NCBI GenBank assembly: GCA_021836725.1 | Contig: JAKBHL010000005.1 | Span: forward strand, 1-50,339 | From: a bacterium | Lineage (GTDB): Bacteria; Patescibacteriota; Minisyncoccia; Phycocordibacterales; Phycocordibacteraceae | DNA: 50,339 nt | Direction: 5' to 3' | In this document: one piece after another, positions 38,296 through 48,733 of the stretch | Numbering within the stretch: position 1 is the first letter of the stretch | How the letters are laid out: every line of letters begins with the position of its first letter | Position numbers and translations under genes: made by a program | Notes under the pieces: model-generated | The model's database searches: none | Seen by the model: the letters and a program-made list of their open reading frames with translations, nothing else | Told to the model about the DNA's origin: nothing

Positions 38296-39360
38296 ATGTC
38301 CATGATGCTGCGGCGGGGAATAATCATCGGTTTCGCCACCCTCACGCTCGTGCTCGTATATCTTTTCGGTTACGCCAATCCATTCACTATGGAGTACCGT
38401 TCCGCAGCGGCGGACGCGCCAGAACGTTTCATCCCGCTTCCAACGCTTAATAGAGCCGATTACAACGCGCGGCTCCTCGCGCTTGCGCACCTGAGCACGA
38501 CGACCACCGCGACAAGTACGGCAGCCTCTTCGACTGTGCGCCTCTGGCCGGTGAAGACGGTCTATCCGGATGCCGGAGCGATTCTACCTTTTAAGCGCAT
38601 CGTCGCTTACTACGGGAACTTTTATTCAAAAGGCATGGGCGTGTTGGGCGAATATCCGGAGAGCCAGGTGCTCGCGATGCTCGCGAGCACGACAAAGATA
38701 TGGGAAAAGGCGGATCCGACGACGCCGGTCATACCGGCCATTCAGTACATCGCAGTCGTGGCGCAGGGAAGTCCGGGCAAGGATGGGAAGTACATTCTGC
38801 GCATGCCGGACAGTCAGATCGATCACGCGCTTGCCATGGCGAACCAAGTGCACGGGCTTTTGATTCTCGATGTGCAGGTGGGGCAGAGCACGCTCGAGCG
38901 CGAGCTCCCGCTCCTTGAGAAATATCTCTCGATGCCGCAGGTCGAGCTCGCTATCGATCCGGAGTTTTCCATGAAATACGGCAACCCGCCCGGCACGGTC
39001 ATCGGCACGTTCGACGCGAGCGACATAAACTATGCGGCGCACTACCTCGCGAGCCTCGTGGACGCCTACCACCTGCCGCCCAAAGTGCTTATCGTGCACC
39101 GATTCACACACGGTATGGTGACGAATTATAAAGACATACGGCCGTTGCCGCAGGTTGAAATCGTGATGGACATGGACGGATGGGGCTCGCAGGCGAAAAA
39201 GAAGGGAACGTACCGTAGGGTCATCTACTCCGAACCGGTGCAATTCACCGGCATCAAGCTTTTCTATAAAAACGATCTCAAGCCCCCCTCGACCGGCATG
39301 CTGACGCCCGAGGAAGTGTTGAAGCTTATGCCGACGCCCATCTATATCCAGTATCAGTGA
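38296..39360 (+). CDS. Exported conserved hypothetical protein, possibly a TIM-barrel hydrolase
   Basis: N-terminal TM helix, T/S linker, motifs RIVAYYG, LILDVQ, LAIDPEF, DMDGWG, GIKLFY. Confidence 0.6.
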   Translation: MSMMLRRGIIIGFATLTLVLVYLFGYANPFTMEYRSAAADAPERFIPLPTLNRADYNARLLALAHLSTTTTATSTAASSTVRLWPVKTVYPDAGAILPFKRIVAYYGNFYSKGMGVLGEYPESQVLAMLASTTKIWEKADPTTPVIPAIQYIAVVAQGSPGKDGKYILRMPDSQIDHALAMANQVHGLLILDVQVGQSTLERELPLLEKYLSMPQVELAIDPEFSMKYGNPPGTVIGTFDASDINYAAHYLASLVDAYHLPPKVLIVHRFTHGMVTNYKDIRPLPQVEIVMDMDGWGSQAKKKGTYRRVIYSEPVQFTGIKLFYKNDLKPPSTGMLTPEEVLKLMPTPIYIQYQ

Positions 39361-39656
39361 TTCCAAAGCGCGCCTGCGAGATCCACGCGTGCGCCCCTGA
39401 AGGGAACTTTTTCACCGAGGAGTTTTGCACGCTTCGCGCGAGTGCCATTGAAAGCGTAGCCGACGAGCGCGCCTCTAGCGCCCACCACGCGGTGGCAGGG
39501 GATGTTCTTCGTATCCTTATTGCGAGCCATGAGCTGCCCGACCGCGCGCGCGGCGCGCGGAGACCCCGCAAGCTGCGCTACCTGACCATACGTGGCGACT
39601 TTTCCTTTGGGAATCTTGGCTACCAGCGCATAGACCTGCGCGCTAAACGGAGTCAT
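39354..39656 (-). CDS. Methylated-DNA--protein-cysteine methyltransferase (MGMT family)
   Basis: IPKGKVATYGQVA, AARAVG, PCHRVV. Confidence 0.9.
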   Translation of the reverse strand: MTPFSAQVYALVAKIPKGKVATYGQVAQLAGSPRAARAVGQLMARNKDTKNIPCHRVVGARGALVGYAFNGTRAKRAKLLGEKVPFRGARVDLAGALWNH

Positions 39657-39679
39657 AGGTGTCAGTCGATTCCTTCAGG

Positions 39680-40084
39680 TTACAAAGGAACGTGAACCGC
39701 CAAGTGCCCGATGAGCGGAAGCTCCTTTTCGTTGCCCTGCACCGCATGAACGATACCGACGATAGCGAGAATGAAAATGCCGAGATTGAGCAATTGCCAG
39801 AGCATCCACAGCGGCCAGAAGAAGAACATCCACACCGGTCCCAGGAAAGACGTGATCACCCAGAGCACGATTTCGACGCCGAACAGGACAACGCCCTGTC
39901 GGACATGGAACTTCACGAAGGAATCTCCCTTGGCGAAGATATAGGGAATGATGACGAGCACGCCAAGGTAGCTGAGTGCCGCCATGACGACGTTCTTTTG
40001 GCCTGCATGTACCGGCGCCGGCGTCGATTGTGCTTGAACGGTATCCGCCGCCTGTGCAGCATGTTGTTCAACGGGTTGGTCCAT
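39680..40084 (-). CDS. DUF4870-like membrane protein
   Basis: AALSYLGVLVIIP...FVKFHVRQG...GIVHAVQGNEKELPLIG. Confidence 0.75.
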   Translation of the reverse strand: MDQPVEQHAAQAADTVQAQSTPAPVHAGQKNVVMAALSYLGVLVIIPYIFAKGDSFVKFHVRQGVVLFGVEIVLWVITSFLGPVWMFFFWPLWMLWQLLNLGIFILAIVGIVHAVQGNEKELPLIGHLAVHVPL

Positions 40085-40196
40085 AGTTGGATGATGACGA
40101 TTAAGTGAAGGGGGTTCCACCCGCTTCTACGGTAAAAAGTATACCACTCGCACAAGTGGATTTGCGCACAAGCGCGTATGCTACTATTGCGTTTAT

Positions 40197-40907
40197 ATGG
40201 AAAACAACGAAATGAGCAGCAAGTTCTTTTTACCAGCGGCAGTCGTACTCGCCGGGCTCTTCATCGCCGGTGCTGTCGTCTGGAACGGTTCGCACCCGGC
40301 GGCGGGAACAGCCGGTGTGCCGACTCCCGGAGCGGCGCCGTCGGTAAACATCAAAGACGTGACCACGACCGGCGATCCTTTCATCGGGCAATTGAACGCG
40401 CCGACCACCATCGCTTTCTGGTCCGACTTCCAGTGCCCGTTCTGCAAGCAGTTTGAAGTGACCACGCTCCCGCAAATCATCCAGACCTATGTGAACACAG
40501 GCAAAGTAAAAATCGTCTTTAAGGATTTCCCATTCCTCGGACCCAATTCCTTGGTGGATGCAGAGTATGCGCGCGCGGTCTGGGCGTTGTACCCGAGCCA
40601 ATACTTCGCATGGCGCACCGCATTCTACGATCAACAGCCGCAGGAAAATAGCCTGAGTGCCACCGCCAATCTGACGTGGATAACGGGCGTAACCAAGTCC
40701 ATAGCCGGTATTGACGCTGCGAAAGTCGCCGCAGCGGTAACGGCCAACAAAGCGGCCTATGATGCGGCGATACAGGCCGACAAAGCCGAAGGACAGAAAT
40801 TCGGCGTGAATGCGACGCCTTCCTTCATCATCGGCACGCAGCTCATCGCGGGCGCGTATCCGTATGCGAATTTCCAAGCGGCGATAGATTCGGTGCTCCC
40901 TAAGTAA
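40197..40907 (+). CDS. DsbA family thiol-disulfide oxidoreductase
   Basis: N-terminal TM helix, SDFQCPFC, KDFPFLG, GVNATPSF. Confidence 0.9.
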   Translation: MENNEMSSKFFLPAAVVLAGLFIAGAVVWNGSHPAAGTAGVPTPGAAPSVNIKDVTTTGDPFIGQLNAPTTIAFWSDFQCPFCKQFEVTTLPQIIQTYVNTGKVKIVFKDFPFLGPNSLVDAEYARAVWALYPSQYFAWRTAFYDQQPQENSLSATANLTWITGVTKSIAGIDAAKVAAAVTANKAAYDAAIQADKAEGQKFGVNATPSFIIGTQLIAGAYPYANFQAAIDSVLPK

Positions 40908-40935
40908 ATGCGAAATTAAGTAGTACCCTACCAGC

Positions 40936-41655
40936 ATGATTATTCTCCTCCTCGCTTCCGCGGCTTTCCTCGCCACGCTCATCGGCGGTTCTTTCGCGCT
41001 CCGGTTCCGCGACAAACTGCATCTTATTCTCGGTTTTTCGGCCGGCGCGGTCGCGGGCGTCGCGCTCTTTGATCTCTTGCCGGAGGCGATAACCCTCGGC
41101 ACCAAATATCACAGCGCCGCGACCGTCGCGCTTGCCATCGCTTTCGGATTTTTCGGGTACCTCATCCTTGATCGCCTCATACTCCTGCATACGCACGAAG
41201 AGGATAGCGAGGCGGTGCATACCTCCCGCGGCTCCTTCGGCGCGCTCACGCTCTCGGCGCACAGTTTTCTCGACGGCGTCGCCATCGGCGTTGGCTTCCA
41301 GGCATCGGCGGCGGTCGGCGTCATCGTTACGGCCGCGGTCTTGACCCACGATTTCTCCGATGGCATCAACACGGTGAACCTGGTATTACGGAATGCCGGT
41401 TCTTGGAGCAGGGCGTTTCGTTGGCTGCTTGTGGACGCGGCTGCGCCGGTCGCGGGCGCTGCCTCCACGCTTTTTTTCCGCATTCCCGACTCGGCTATCG
41501 GTCTCGTGCTCGCCCTTTTCGTCGGCACGTTCCTGTATCTTTCGGCCAGCGACCTTATCCCTGAAAGCCACCACCGGCACCCCCGCGCGCTCACGACGTT
41601 CATGACACTCCTGGGCGCTCTCACGCTGTTCATCATCGTGCATCTGGCTGCCTAA
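40936..41655 (+). CDS. ZIP family metal (zinc) transporter
   Basis: GFSAG, DLLPEA, HSFLDG, HDFSDG, DLIPESH; His-rich loops. Confidence 0.88.
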   Translation: MIILLLASAAFLATLIGGSFALRFRDKLHLILGFSAGAVAGVALFDLLPEAITLGTKYHSAATVALAIAFGFFGYLILDRLILLHTHEEDSEAVHTSRGSFGALTLSAHSFLDGVAIGVGFQASAAVGVIVTAAVLTHDFSDGINTVNLVLRNAGSWSRAFRWLLVDAAAPVAGAASTLFFRIPDSAIGLVLALFVGTFLYLSASDLIPESHHRHPRALTTFMTLLGALTLFIIVHLAA

Positions 41656-41694
41656 TTCTCTTTCGAAGAGTTGCGCTATACTTGCAACCTTGGT

Positions 41695-42843
41695 ATGCGT
41701 TTCCGGATCCTCTTTCTTCTTCTTGCGTGCTTGATTTCTGCGCCCCTTGCGCACGCGCAGACGCCGGGGCAGCAGGCAACCACCAGCAACACCAGCGTCA
41801 TAGAAAAGGCGCGCGTGCTTACCGTGGAGAGTTCGGAAATAAAAAATATTCCCGGCACGAACAATTCCGCGACCTACCAGACGCTTTCAGCGCTCGTCCT
41901 CTCCGGCGTCGATGCGGGAAAGATCGTCACAGTGGAAAACGATTACCTCGCGATGAAATCGGGAGATGTGTTTTTTCTTACTCATACGACTAATGCACAA
42001 GAAGGTCTGAATGCATACACGGTCCTCGAACCGGACCGGTTGCCCGCGCTCAGGGATCTTTTCATCCTCTTCGTGCTTTCTGTCGTGCTTATCGGCGGTT
42101 GGACGGGACTGCGCGGCCTTGTGGCGCTCGGCGTGAGCATCTTGCTCGTGCTCTACGCGCTTCTGCCCGGCATAGCCGCCGGTTACAACCCGATTCTCGT
42201 GGCATCCGGCGTCGCCGCGATCATCGTCATCTTCGGCTCCTATCTGACGCACGGGATCAATCGCACGACGAGCGCGGCGGTGCTCGGGCTCGTGGCGACG
42301 GTCGGCATCACCGCGCTCATCGCGCATTTCGCCATCAGCGCGACACAGCTTTCGGGTGTCACCGGGGAAGGCACGGTCGATCTGAGTTTCGCGACAAGCG
42401 GGCACATCGACTTGATCGGCCTTCTGCTCGGCGGGATGCTCATCGGCGCGCTCGGCATCCTCTACGATGCGGCGATAAGCCAGGCGGTTGCCGTGGACGA
42501 GCTCTTGCGCGCAGCGCCAGGAATGGGAGCGCGGCGGCTTTTCACGCGCGCGATGCGCATCGGCCGCGAACACATCGGTGCGCTCGTGAACACGCTCGCG
42601 CTCGCATACGTCGGCGTGGCGCTGCCGCTTCTCCTCCTGTTCCAATCCCAGTCCTATGGCGGCCAATCTTTCCTGCACACCATCAATCACGAGCTTTTCG
42701 CGACGGAAATCGTGCGGGCGCTCGTCGGATCGCTCGGGATCATATTCGCCGTGCCGATTTCGACGATTGCCGCGATCATCCTCCTGACACACGTTCCGCC
42801 CAAAGACGGCGATACGGACGGGTCTGCGCACACCCATGCGTGA
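41695..42843 (+). CDS. YibE/F family membrane protein
   Basis: GMLIGALGILYD, IGREHIGALVNTLALAYVG, EIVRALVGSLG. Confidence 0.88.
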   Translation: MRFRILFLLLACLISAPLAHAQTPGQQATTSNTSVIEKARVLTVESSEIKNIPGTNNSATYQTLSALVLSGVDAGKIVTVENDYLAMKSGDVFFLTHTTNAQEGLNAYTVLEPDRLPALRDLFILFVLSVVLIGGWTGLRGLVALGVSILLVLYALLPGIAAGYNPILVASGVAAIIVIFGSYLTHGINRTTSAAVLGLVATVGITALIAHFAISATQLSGVTGEGTVDLSFATSGHIDLIGLLLGGMLIGALGILYDAAISQAVAVDELLRAAPGMGARRLFTRAMRIGREHIGALVNTLALAYVGVALPLLLLFQSQSYGGQSFLHTINHELFATEIVRALVGSLGIIFAVPISTIAAIILLTHVPPKDGDTDGSAHTHA

Positions 42844-42879
42844 GATTGCGGCAGCGAAGGGGTGCTAGAATAAGACCGT

Positions 42880-43215
42880 ATGAAACTCATTTTCCACTGG
42901 CTCATTGCGACGCTCGCGATCCTGATCGCGGCATACATCGTTCCGGGCGTCACCATAACGCTCGTCGGCGCGCTCATCGCCGCCGTCGTCCTCGGCGCGC
43001 TCAACCTCCTTGTCCGTCCCATCCTTCTCATCCTGACGCTTCCGATCACCATCGTGACGCTCGGTCTTTTTTCTCTCGTGATCAACGCGCTTCTCGTCAT
43101 GCTCGCGGCCGTGCTCGTGCCGGGATTCTCAGTCGCCGGTTTTTGGACCGCATTCCTTTTCGCACTCGTGCTTGCCGTCGTGAACTGGGTCTTCCATCTC
43201 TGGAACCGCAGCTAG
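42880..43215 (+). CDS. YvlD-like 4-TM membrane protein (phage holin 4_2 family)
   Basis: LNLLVRPILLILTLPITIVTLGLFSLVINA, VPGFSVAGFWTA. Confidence 0.85.
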   Translation: MKLIFHWLIATLAILIAAYIVPGVTITLVGALIAAVVLGALNLLVRPILLILTLPITIVTLGLFSLVINALLVMLAAVLVPGFSVAGFWTAFLFALVLAVVNWVFHLWNRS

Positions 43216-43386
43216 AATCCCACCCCGCTCGGGGTATGTGACAGAAAGGAGTACGCCGTCTTTTTCTGCTCTAAAAGCGGCTCGAACTTACGCCGTCGCG
43301 CTCCGTAAGCCTCTTTCTGCCACATATCCTCTCGCGGGGTTCGATTTCCTAACCTAAAATGACATTTTGGGGAACGAGGGGTTCTA
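43213..43386. repeat. Dispersed structured element, copy 4
   Basis: TAGAATCC...[stem and core]...GGGTTCTA; the left TAG is the YvlD-like stop and the right CTA is the dedA stop; contains CCTAAAAT-GAC-ATTTTGGG at 43353-43371. Confidence 0.9.
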
Positions 43387-44001
43387 ACTTGTGCGCCTGC
43401 TGCGGAGAAGGTTTATAAGGATAGGAAGGAAGGAAAGTACGATGATGACGAGCGAGAGCGGAAGCACGTACTTGTCGCTGTTGGGGATCACGGAACCGAG
43501 AAAGAATCCAAGCGAGACGACCCCCGCGCCCCACAAGAATCCGCCAAGAGCGTTGTAGGAGAGGAAGCGCCGGTAGCGCATGGAACCGACGCCTGCGAGC
43601 ATCGGCGCGATAGTGCGCACGATGGGAACGAAGCGCGCGAGAATGATGGCGCGCCCGCCGTACGTCGTGAAGAAATCCTGCGTGCGCGTGACGTATGCCT
43701 GCTTGAAAAAACGCGAATCCTTGCGTTTGAAGAGATTGTCTCCGATCTTCGTTCCGAACCAGTAGCCCACGGAATCGCCGAGTATCGCGGCCACCACAAC
43801 GATAAGCATCAGCGGTCCGAAAGCGAGGAGACCGTCGGCCGCGAGCAGTCCCGCGACAAAAAGGAGCGAATCGCCCGGAAGAAAGATACCGATAAGAAGA
43901 CCGCTCTCGGCAAAAACGAGCAGGGCAAGCCCCAGGTAGCCGCCGGCCTTTATGATCGCCATCGGATCGAGGTGTATACACGCGACGAGAAAATTAAGCA
44001 T
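43384..44001 (-). CDS. dedA: DedA/VTT family membrane protein
   Basis: FAESGLLIGIFLPGDSLLF, GDSVGYWFG, ARFVPIVRT. Confidence 0.9.
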   Translation of the reverse strand: MLNFLVACIHLDPMAIIKAGGYLGLALLVFAESGLLIGIFLPGDSLLFVAGLLAADGLLAFGPLMLIVVVAAILGDSVGYWFGTKIGDNLFKRKDSRFFKQAYVTRTQDFFTTYGGRAIILARFVPIVRTIAPMLAGVGSMRYRRFLSYNALGGFLWGAGVVSLGFFLGSVIPNSDKYVLPLSLVIIVLSFLPILINLLRSRRTS

Positions 44002-44009
44002 GCGCGTGC

Positions 44010-44017
44010 AGTATACT
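44010..44017. promoter_or_regulatory. Palindromic -10 box shared by divergent dedA and the VirD4-like gene
   Basis: AGTATACT, 8 nt from the dedA ATG and 7 nt from the ATPase ATG; 23-bp intergenic region. Confidence 0.6.
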
Positions 44018-44024
44018 AGAATTA

Positions 44025-46787
44025 ATGGAATCGGCACCGAAGCTGTCCACGCCCGAAGAGGAGCTCGCATACTTGCGTGAACAGGTGACGCGAAAAGAAG
44101 CGGAGCTTAGCGCGCGCGCCGCGCCGCTTGAGCGGGCGCGGGTCATCTCCGAGCAGATTCACGCGCATCGCTCTGCACCCGAAGACGTGCTCGCGCACGG
44201 ATACCGCATGAGCGAGGCGGCGGCGCATGACACGGCATCAAAGATACTCGCCGAGCTTCATCTCGGCGGTAGTGAAGCGGCGATCGCTTCACTACGGAGC
44301 ACGATGGAGGAAAAAGGCATCAAGAACGCGTTTGCGGTGCTGGAAAGGCTCCACGATCCTCATATCACCGACGATTTTCATCGGTATCTCGTGCAGTATG
44401 TGGCCGCGGGGTTGCCGCTTGCCGGAGCAAATGAGACCGCTCCGCGTTTCCAGGCTTTTCGCATGACCCTCTATGAAATCGCACTCCCGGGGCCCAAAAG
44501 CGGCGATAAAAGCGCACCCGCAAAGACGCTCAAAGAGCTCATCTCCGCGATGGAGCAGTTTTACGCAGGGCTCCTTTCGGTGGAGAACGCGGCGCCCGGC
44601 GAGCCCCACCACTACGCGCTCGAGCTCGCGGTACCCGCCGACAGTCCCGAGCTTCAATTTTATGCGGCGGTCCCAAACGGGAAGCGCGCTCTTTTTGAAA
44701 AACAGCTCCTCGCGGTCTTTCCGGACGCGCATCTTGTGCCGCAACCAAAGGACTATAACGTCTTTGCCGAGGGCGGCGTCGCGCTCCTCTCGAGTGCGCG
44801 ACTTGCGGAAAATCCGGCACTGCCGCTCAAGGACTACGCGGATTTCGATTACGATCCGCTCAATGCGATCGTGAATGCGTTTGCCAAGATAGAGCACGCG
44901 GGCGAGGGCGCTGCGCTCCAGATCATCGTCGAGCCGCGCGGTGAACGGCATGTGAAGCACTACCGCAAAATTCTGCAGGCGCTCAAGAAGGGAGAAAAGA
45001 AAGGCGATGCGTTTGCGACGCCCGAGACCGCGTTTGGCGATTTCACGCGCGAGATCGGCCGTACACTCTTCGGGAATAAACCGAAAGATAAAGAGAAAGC
45101 GAAAGAAGCCGAGGCGCGCCACATTGAGGCGAACAGGGCGTACAGCGAACAAGTGGAGAAAAAAATAGCCGCGCCCATCGTCGGCGCGACGATACGTCTC
45201 ACCGTCTCTTCAAAAGATGAGCACAAGGCGGCGCAAGTGCTCGGCGAGCTCGAAGCCGCCTTCAATCAGTTCGGGAATACGCAAGGGAACCGATTGGAGT
45301 TTCTGCGCGCCCCCAAGCGCCGCGCGCAAAGCATGTCTGACGATTTTTCTTTCCGTTTGCCGGATTCCTCGGCATTACCCCTTTCGCTCCGCGAACTCAC
45401 GACGCTCTACCACTTTCCGCCCGCCGGCATCGAATCATCGCCGCACCTAAAACAGGCGCGCTTCACTCACGCGAGCGCGCCGCTCACCCTTCCGCAATAC
45501 GGCGCTTTCCTCGGCACCAACAGTTACCGCGCTCACGAAACGCGCGTCTATCTCGATCCCGAGGATCGCCTGCGCCATCTCTACATCATCGGCCAGACCG
45601 GCACCGGCAAGACGGGGCTCATGAAGTCGATGATCATCGAGGATATAAAGAACGGCGAGGGCTGTTGCTTTATCGATCCGCACGGTTCGGACATCCTGGA
45701 TATTCTCGCCGCCGTGCCGCCGGAGCGCTACGCGGACGTCATCTATTTCGATCCGGCCGATCTCTCGCGCCCCTTCGGCCTCAATTTCCTCGAGTACGAT
45801 TTTGCGCGCCCCGAGCAGAAGACGTTCATCGTTAACGAGCTCCTCATGATCTTCCGCCGTCTCTATGGCGATGTCCCCGAAAGCATGGGCCCGGCATTCG
45901 AACAGTATTTCCGCAACGCAACGCTTCTCGTGATGGAGGATCCGCAAAGCGGTTCGACGATGCTCGACATCGCCCGCGTGCTCTCCGACAGCGAGTTCCG
46001 CCGCGCAAAACTCGCAAAGAGCATGAATCCCATCGTAAATCAGTTCTGGAACGACATTGCAACAAAAGCTGGCGGGGAGGCGGCGCTCGAAAACATCGTC
46101 CCCTACATCACGAACAAATTCGACGATTTTACGGCGAACGATTTCATCCGCCCCATTGTGGGGCAGCAGCAATCGTCGTTCAAATTCCGCGACGTCATGG
46201 ATACGAAAAAGATCCTGCTCATCAATCTCTCAAAAGGGCGTCTCGGCGAACGCAACGCAAACCTGCTCGGCCTCATCGTCGTGGGGAAACTCTTCATGGC
46301 GGCGCTTTCGCGCGCGGATAACCCGCGCGCAGCGCATCCGCCTTTCTACCTCTACATCGATGAATTCCAAAACGTCACCACGGACTCGATTCCGGGCATC
46401 CTGTCGGAAGCGCGCAAGTACAAGCTCGCGCTCACGGTGGCGCATCAGTTCCTCGGCCAGATCGAAGAGAAGACGCGCGGCGCGGTCTTCGGCAACGTCG
46501 GCAACATGGCGGTTTTCCGCGTCGGCGAAGAAGATGCGGAGTTTTTCGCCAAACAGTTCGCACCGGTCTTTGCGGCGTCCGATTTCGTCAACCTGGAAAA
46601 CCGCAACGCCTATGTGAAAATCCTCGCGCAGGGCATACCGCAGAAACCCTTTGACCTGCGCACGCCGGATTTGGCGGCGCCCAATCACTCTCAGGTGGAC
46701 GATCTCATACAGCTTTCGGCGCTTACCTACGGCCGGGACCGTGCTACAGTTGAGTCGATGATTCGCGAGCGTTATCTCTCGCTATAA
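44025..46787 (+). CDS. Type IV secretion coupling protein-like ATPase (VirD4/TrwB/HerA-like)
   Basis: DRLRHLYIIGQTGTGKT (Walker A), FIDPHG, LYIDEFQN (Walker B), LSEARKY, AHQF, GNVGN. Confidence 0.85.
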   Translation: MESAPKLSTPEEELAYLREQVTRKEAELSARAAPLERARVISEQIHAHRSAPEDVLAHGYRMSEAAAHDTASKILAELHLGGSEAAIASLRSTMEEKGIKNAFAVLERLHDPHITDDFHRYLVQYVAAGLPLAGANETAPRFQAFRMTLYEIALPGPKSGDKSAPAKTLKELISAMEQFYAGLLSVENAAPGEPHHYALELAVPADSPELQFYAAVPNGKRALFEKQLLAVFPDAHLVPQPKDYNVFAEGGVALLSSARLAENPALPLKDYADFDYDPLNAIVNAFAKIEHAGEGAALQIIVEPRGERHVKHYRKILQALKKGEKKGDAFATPETAFGDFTREIGRTLFGNKPKDKEKAKEAEARHIEANRAYSEQVEKKIAAPIVGATIRLTVSSKDEHKAAQVLGELEAAFNQFGNTQGNRLEFLRAPKRRAQSMSDDFSFRLPDSSALPLSLRELTTLYHFPPAGIESSPHLKQARFTHASAPLTLPQYGAFLGTNSYRAHETRVYLDPEDRLRHLYIIGQTGTGKTGLMKSMIIEDIKNGEGCCFIDPHGSDILDILAAVPPERYADVIYFDPADLSRPFGLNFLEYDFARPEQKTFIVNELLMIFRRLYGDVPESMGPAFEQYFRNATLLVMEDPQSGSTMLDIARVLSDSEFRRAKLAKSMNPIVNQFWNDIATKAGGEAALENIVPYITNKFDDFTANDFIRPIVGQQQSSFKFRDVMDTKKILLINLSKGRLGERNANLLGLIVVGKLFMAALSRADNPRAAHPPFYLYIDEFQNVTTDSIPGILSEARKYKLALTVAHQFLGQIEEKTRGAVFGNVGNMAVFRVGEEDAEFFAKQFAPVFAASDFVNLENRNAYVKILAQGIPQKPFDLRTPDLAAPNHSQVDDLIQLSALTYGRDRATVESMIRERYLSL

Positions 46788-46790
46788 CGT

Positions 46791-48713
46791 ATGGCAAAAA
46801 GTATCGATTTTCCGCCACAAGGGAAACGTGGGAATTCCGGTGCTACTGAAAAACCGGTCGGCGTGCCAGTCGTGATTACGCACAAGATGCACGAGGAGTT
46901 GAAAAGTCTCGGTCTTTCGATAGAAGAACGGAGGAAGCTCACGCCGCAAGCCGCGTGGGACATTTTGAAAGCAGGTCGTAGGGAAAGGGAACAACCGGAG
47001 GCCGCTTCTCCATCTGAAGCACCCGTGATGCCGGAACACGAGTTCTCGGCACCAGAGGAGTCCATCGAACCCTTGGCGGAAGAACCGCATCCGGAGGCGC
47101 CGCTTGTCGCGGATCCGGCGCTCGCTCTTGACGCACAGCGCGTGAACGTACCGGAGACTCTGTCGGAAACGAACGCTCAGGGCGAAGGAACGCCGCTTGA
47201 ATGGCGCGAGAAATTACGCGGTCTCATTACAGGCGCACAAGAACGGCTCGGCATGAGCGAGCGCGTCGAGAGTATGCGCGCGTACCTCTCGGAACGTTCC
47301 GGGAATCTGGATACAGAAGCCGAGGCATACGGACCGAAGACGGAAAAACTCATTCGTTCTATCGGTGCGCGGTACAGCAAACTGCACTGGAAATACAAGA
47401 TTGCCATCGGCGCAGGTCTCGGCGTTTCGGCGGCGGTATTTTCCGGAGTATCGACGCCGCTCGCGCTCCTTTTCGGCGCGGGTATCGCCGCGCAGCGCGG
47501 CGCCGGCATGGCGAGCATATTCCTCAAGTTCGAGAAACATCTGCAAGATACCGGAGAAGGGAAGTCGCAGAATTTTTTCGCGCGGCAGGAATGGTATAAA
47601 AAAATCGCGGAAAGACCCGAGCGCGAGCGCAAGCTCGCGGCCGCGATCATGTCGGCCGCGTACACCGTCGGCGCAGGCCTCGCGATCGGGGAGGCGATTC
47701 ATCTCGCGAGCGATTCCACATGGGGCGAGGCGGTGCACGAATGGTTGAAACAGCATTGGCCGTTTAACTCCGGAGCGTCGGCCGCCGTTTCCCCTCCTCC
47801 CCACATGGTTTCTGAGGCTGCACAGTCGCCGCTTGCCGCGGCGCACCCCGTGCCCGGAGCGCCCCTGCATGCTCCGTCTGCGGTTGCGCACGAGGCACCC
47901 CCGTCTTCTGCTGCGCCCCCCATGCCCGCAGTGTCAGTGGCGGCGTCGCAGGGGCATGGCTACGAGTACATGATGAAAAAATTATGGGAACAGCTTCAGA
48001 CGGAACATCTTGATCCAAGTCGCTATCCTCCCCATAGCGACATCCATCGTTTGCTTACGGCCAATGCGCATTCGATCGATGCGGTCGTGCACCAGATTGC
48101 GGCCGACCCAAAGCATGATTTTTTCCATGCCGACGGCACCAGCGTCCTTATCAGTCCGCACGCACATATGACGATTGATTCGGGCGGCGAAGTCAGCCTT
48201 TCCAATTCAGGTCATGACATAGTGCATGCACCGGCGCACGTGCCGACGACGCCTGCCTACCATCCGGAAACACCCGTTCACGCAGAACCGCCCGCGGGCA
48301 TCCCTGAGGTACCCGTTATTCCCGCCGAACCCGCTCTTCCGGCCGGGACGCTTTCCGTGCAGAACATCGCCGAGCACGTGCACGCCGCCATCGCACCGTC
48401 GGTTACGAATCATTTCGGCCTCGAGGTTCCGCTTGCAGAACCCCACATCTACACGGGTCCCGATGCAAAACATCTTTTTGTGTTCGGGGGTACGCCTGCG
48501 GCGCAGGCCGATTCAATACAACAGTACTTGAACGCACACCCGAAAGATATTATCTATGGTACGGATGCCGCCGATAAGTACCGCGTCCCGTATTTCCTCG
48601 GATCGGACGGGAAAGTAACTGCAGGACTTCCGGCACGCTCCAGGAACTTCTTCGGTTTCTTTTCATGGATGAAGGCGCCGCGTCCAGAAGACTTTAAGAA
48701 AATTATTCACTAA
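46791..48713 (+). CDS. Large hypothetical membrane protein, Pro/His/Ala-rich
   Basis: 640-aa ORF 3 nt after the ATPase gene; Gly/Ala-rich TM segments. Confidence 0.7.
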   Translation: MAKSIDFPPQGKRGNSGATEKPVGVPVVITHKMHEELKSLGLSIEERRKLTPQAAWDILKAGRREREQPEAASPSEAPVMPEHEFSAPEESIEPLAEEPHPEAPLVADPALALDAQRVNVPETLSETNAQGEGTPLEWREKLRGLITGAQERLGMSERVESMRAYLSERSGNLDTEAEAYGPKTEKLIRSIGARYSKLHWKYKIAIGAGLGVSAAVFSGVSTPLALLFGAGIAAQRGAGMASIFLKFEKHLQDTGEGKSQNFFARQEWYKKIAERPERERKLAAAIMSAAYTVGAGLAIGEAIHLASDSTWGEAVHEWLKQHWPFNSGASAAVSPPPHMVSEAAQSPLAAAHPVPGAPLHAPSAVAHEAPPSSAAPPMPAVSVAASQGHGYEYMMKKLWEQLQTEHLDPSRYPPHSDIHRLLTANAHSIDAVVHQIAADPKHDFFHADGTSVLISPHAHMTIDSGGEVSLSNSGHDIVHAPAHVPTTPAYHPETPVHAEPPAGIPEVPVIPAEPALPAGTLSVQNIAEHVHAAIAPSVTNHFGLEVPLAEPHIYTGPDAKHLFVFGGTPAAQADSIQQYLNAHPKDIIYGTDAADKYRVPYFLGSDGKVTAGLPARSRNFFGFFSWMKAPRPEDFKKIIH

Positions 48714-48733
48714 CCCATGCTATGATGCCACCT

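Noticed and set aside
42880-43215. Prophage suggested by the holin-family gene
   Set aside because: YvlD-like proteins are common chromosomal membrane proteins and no phage genes are nearby.
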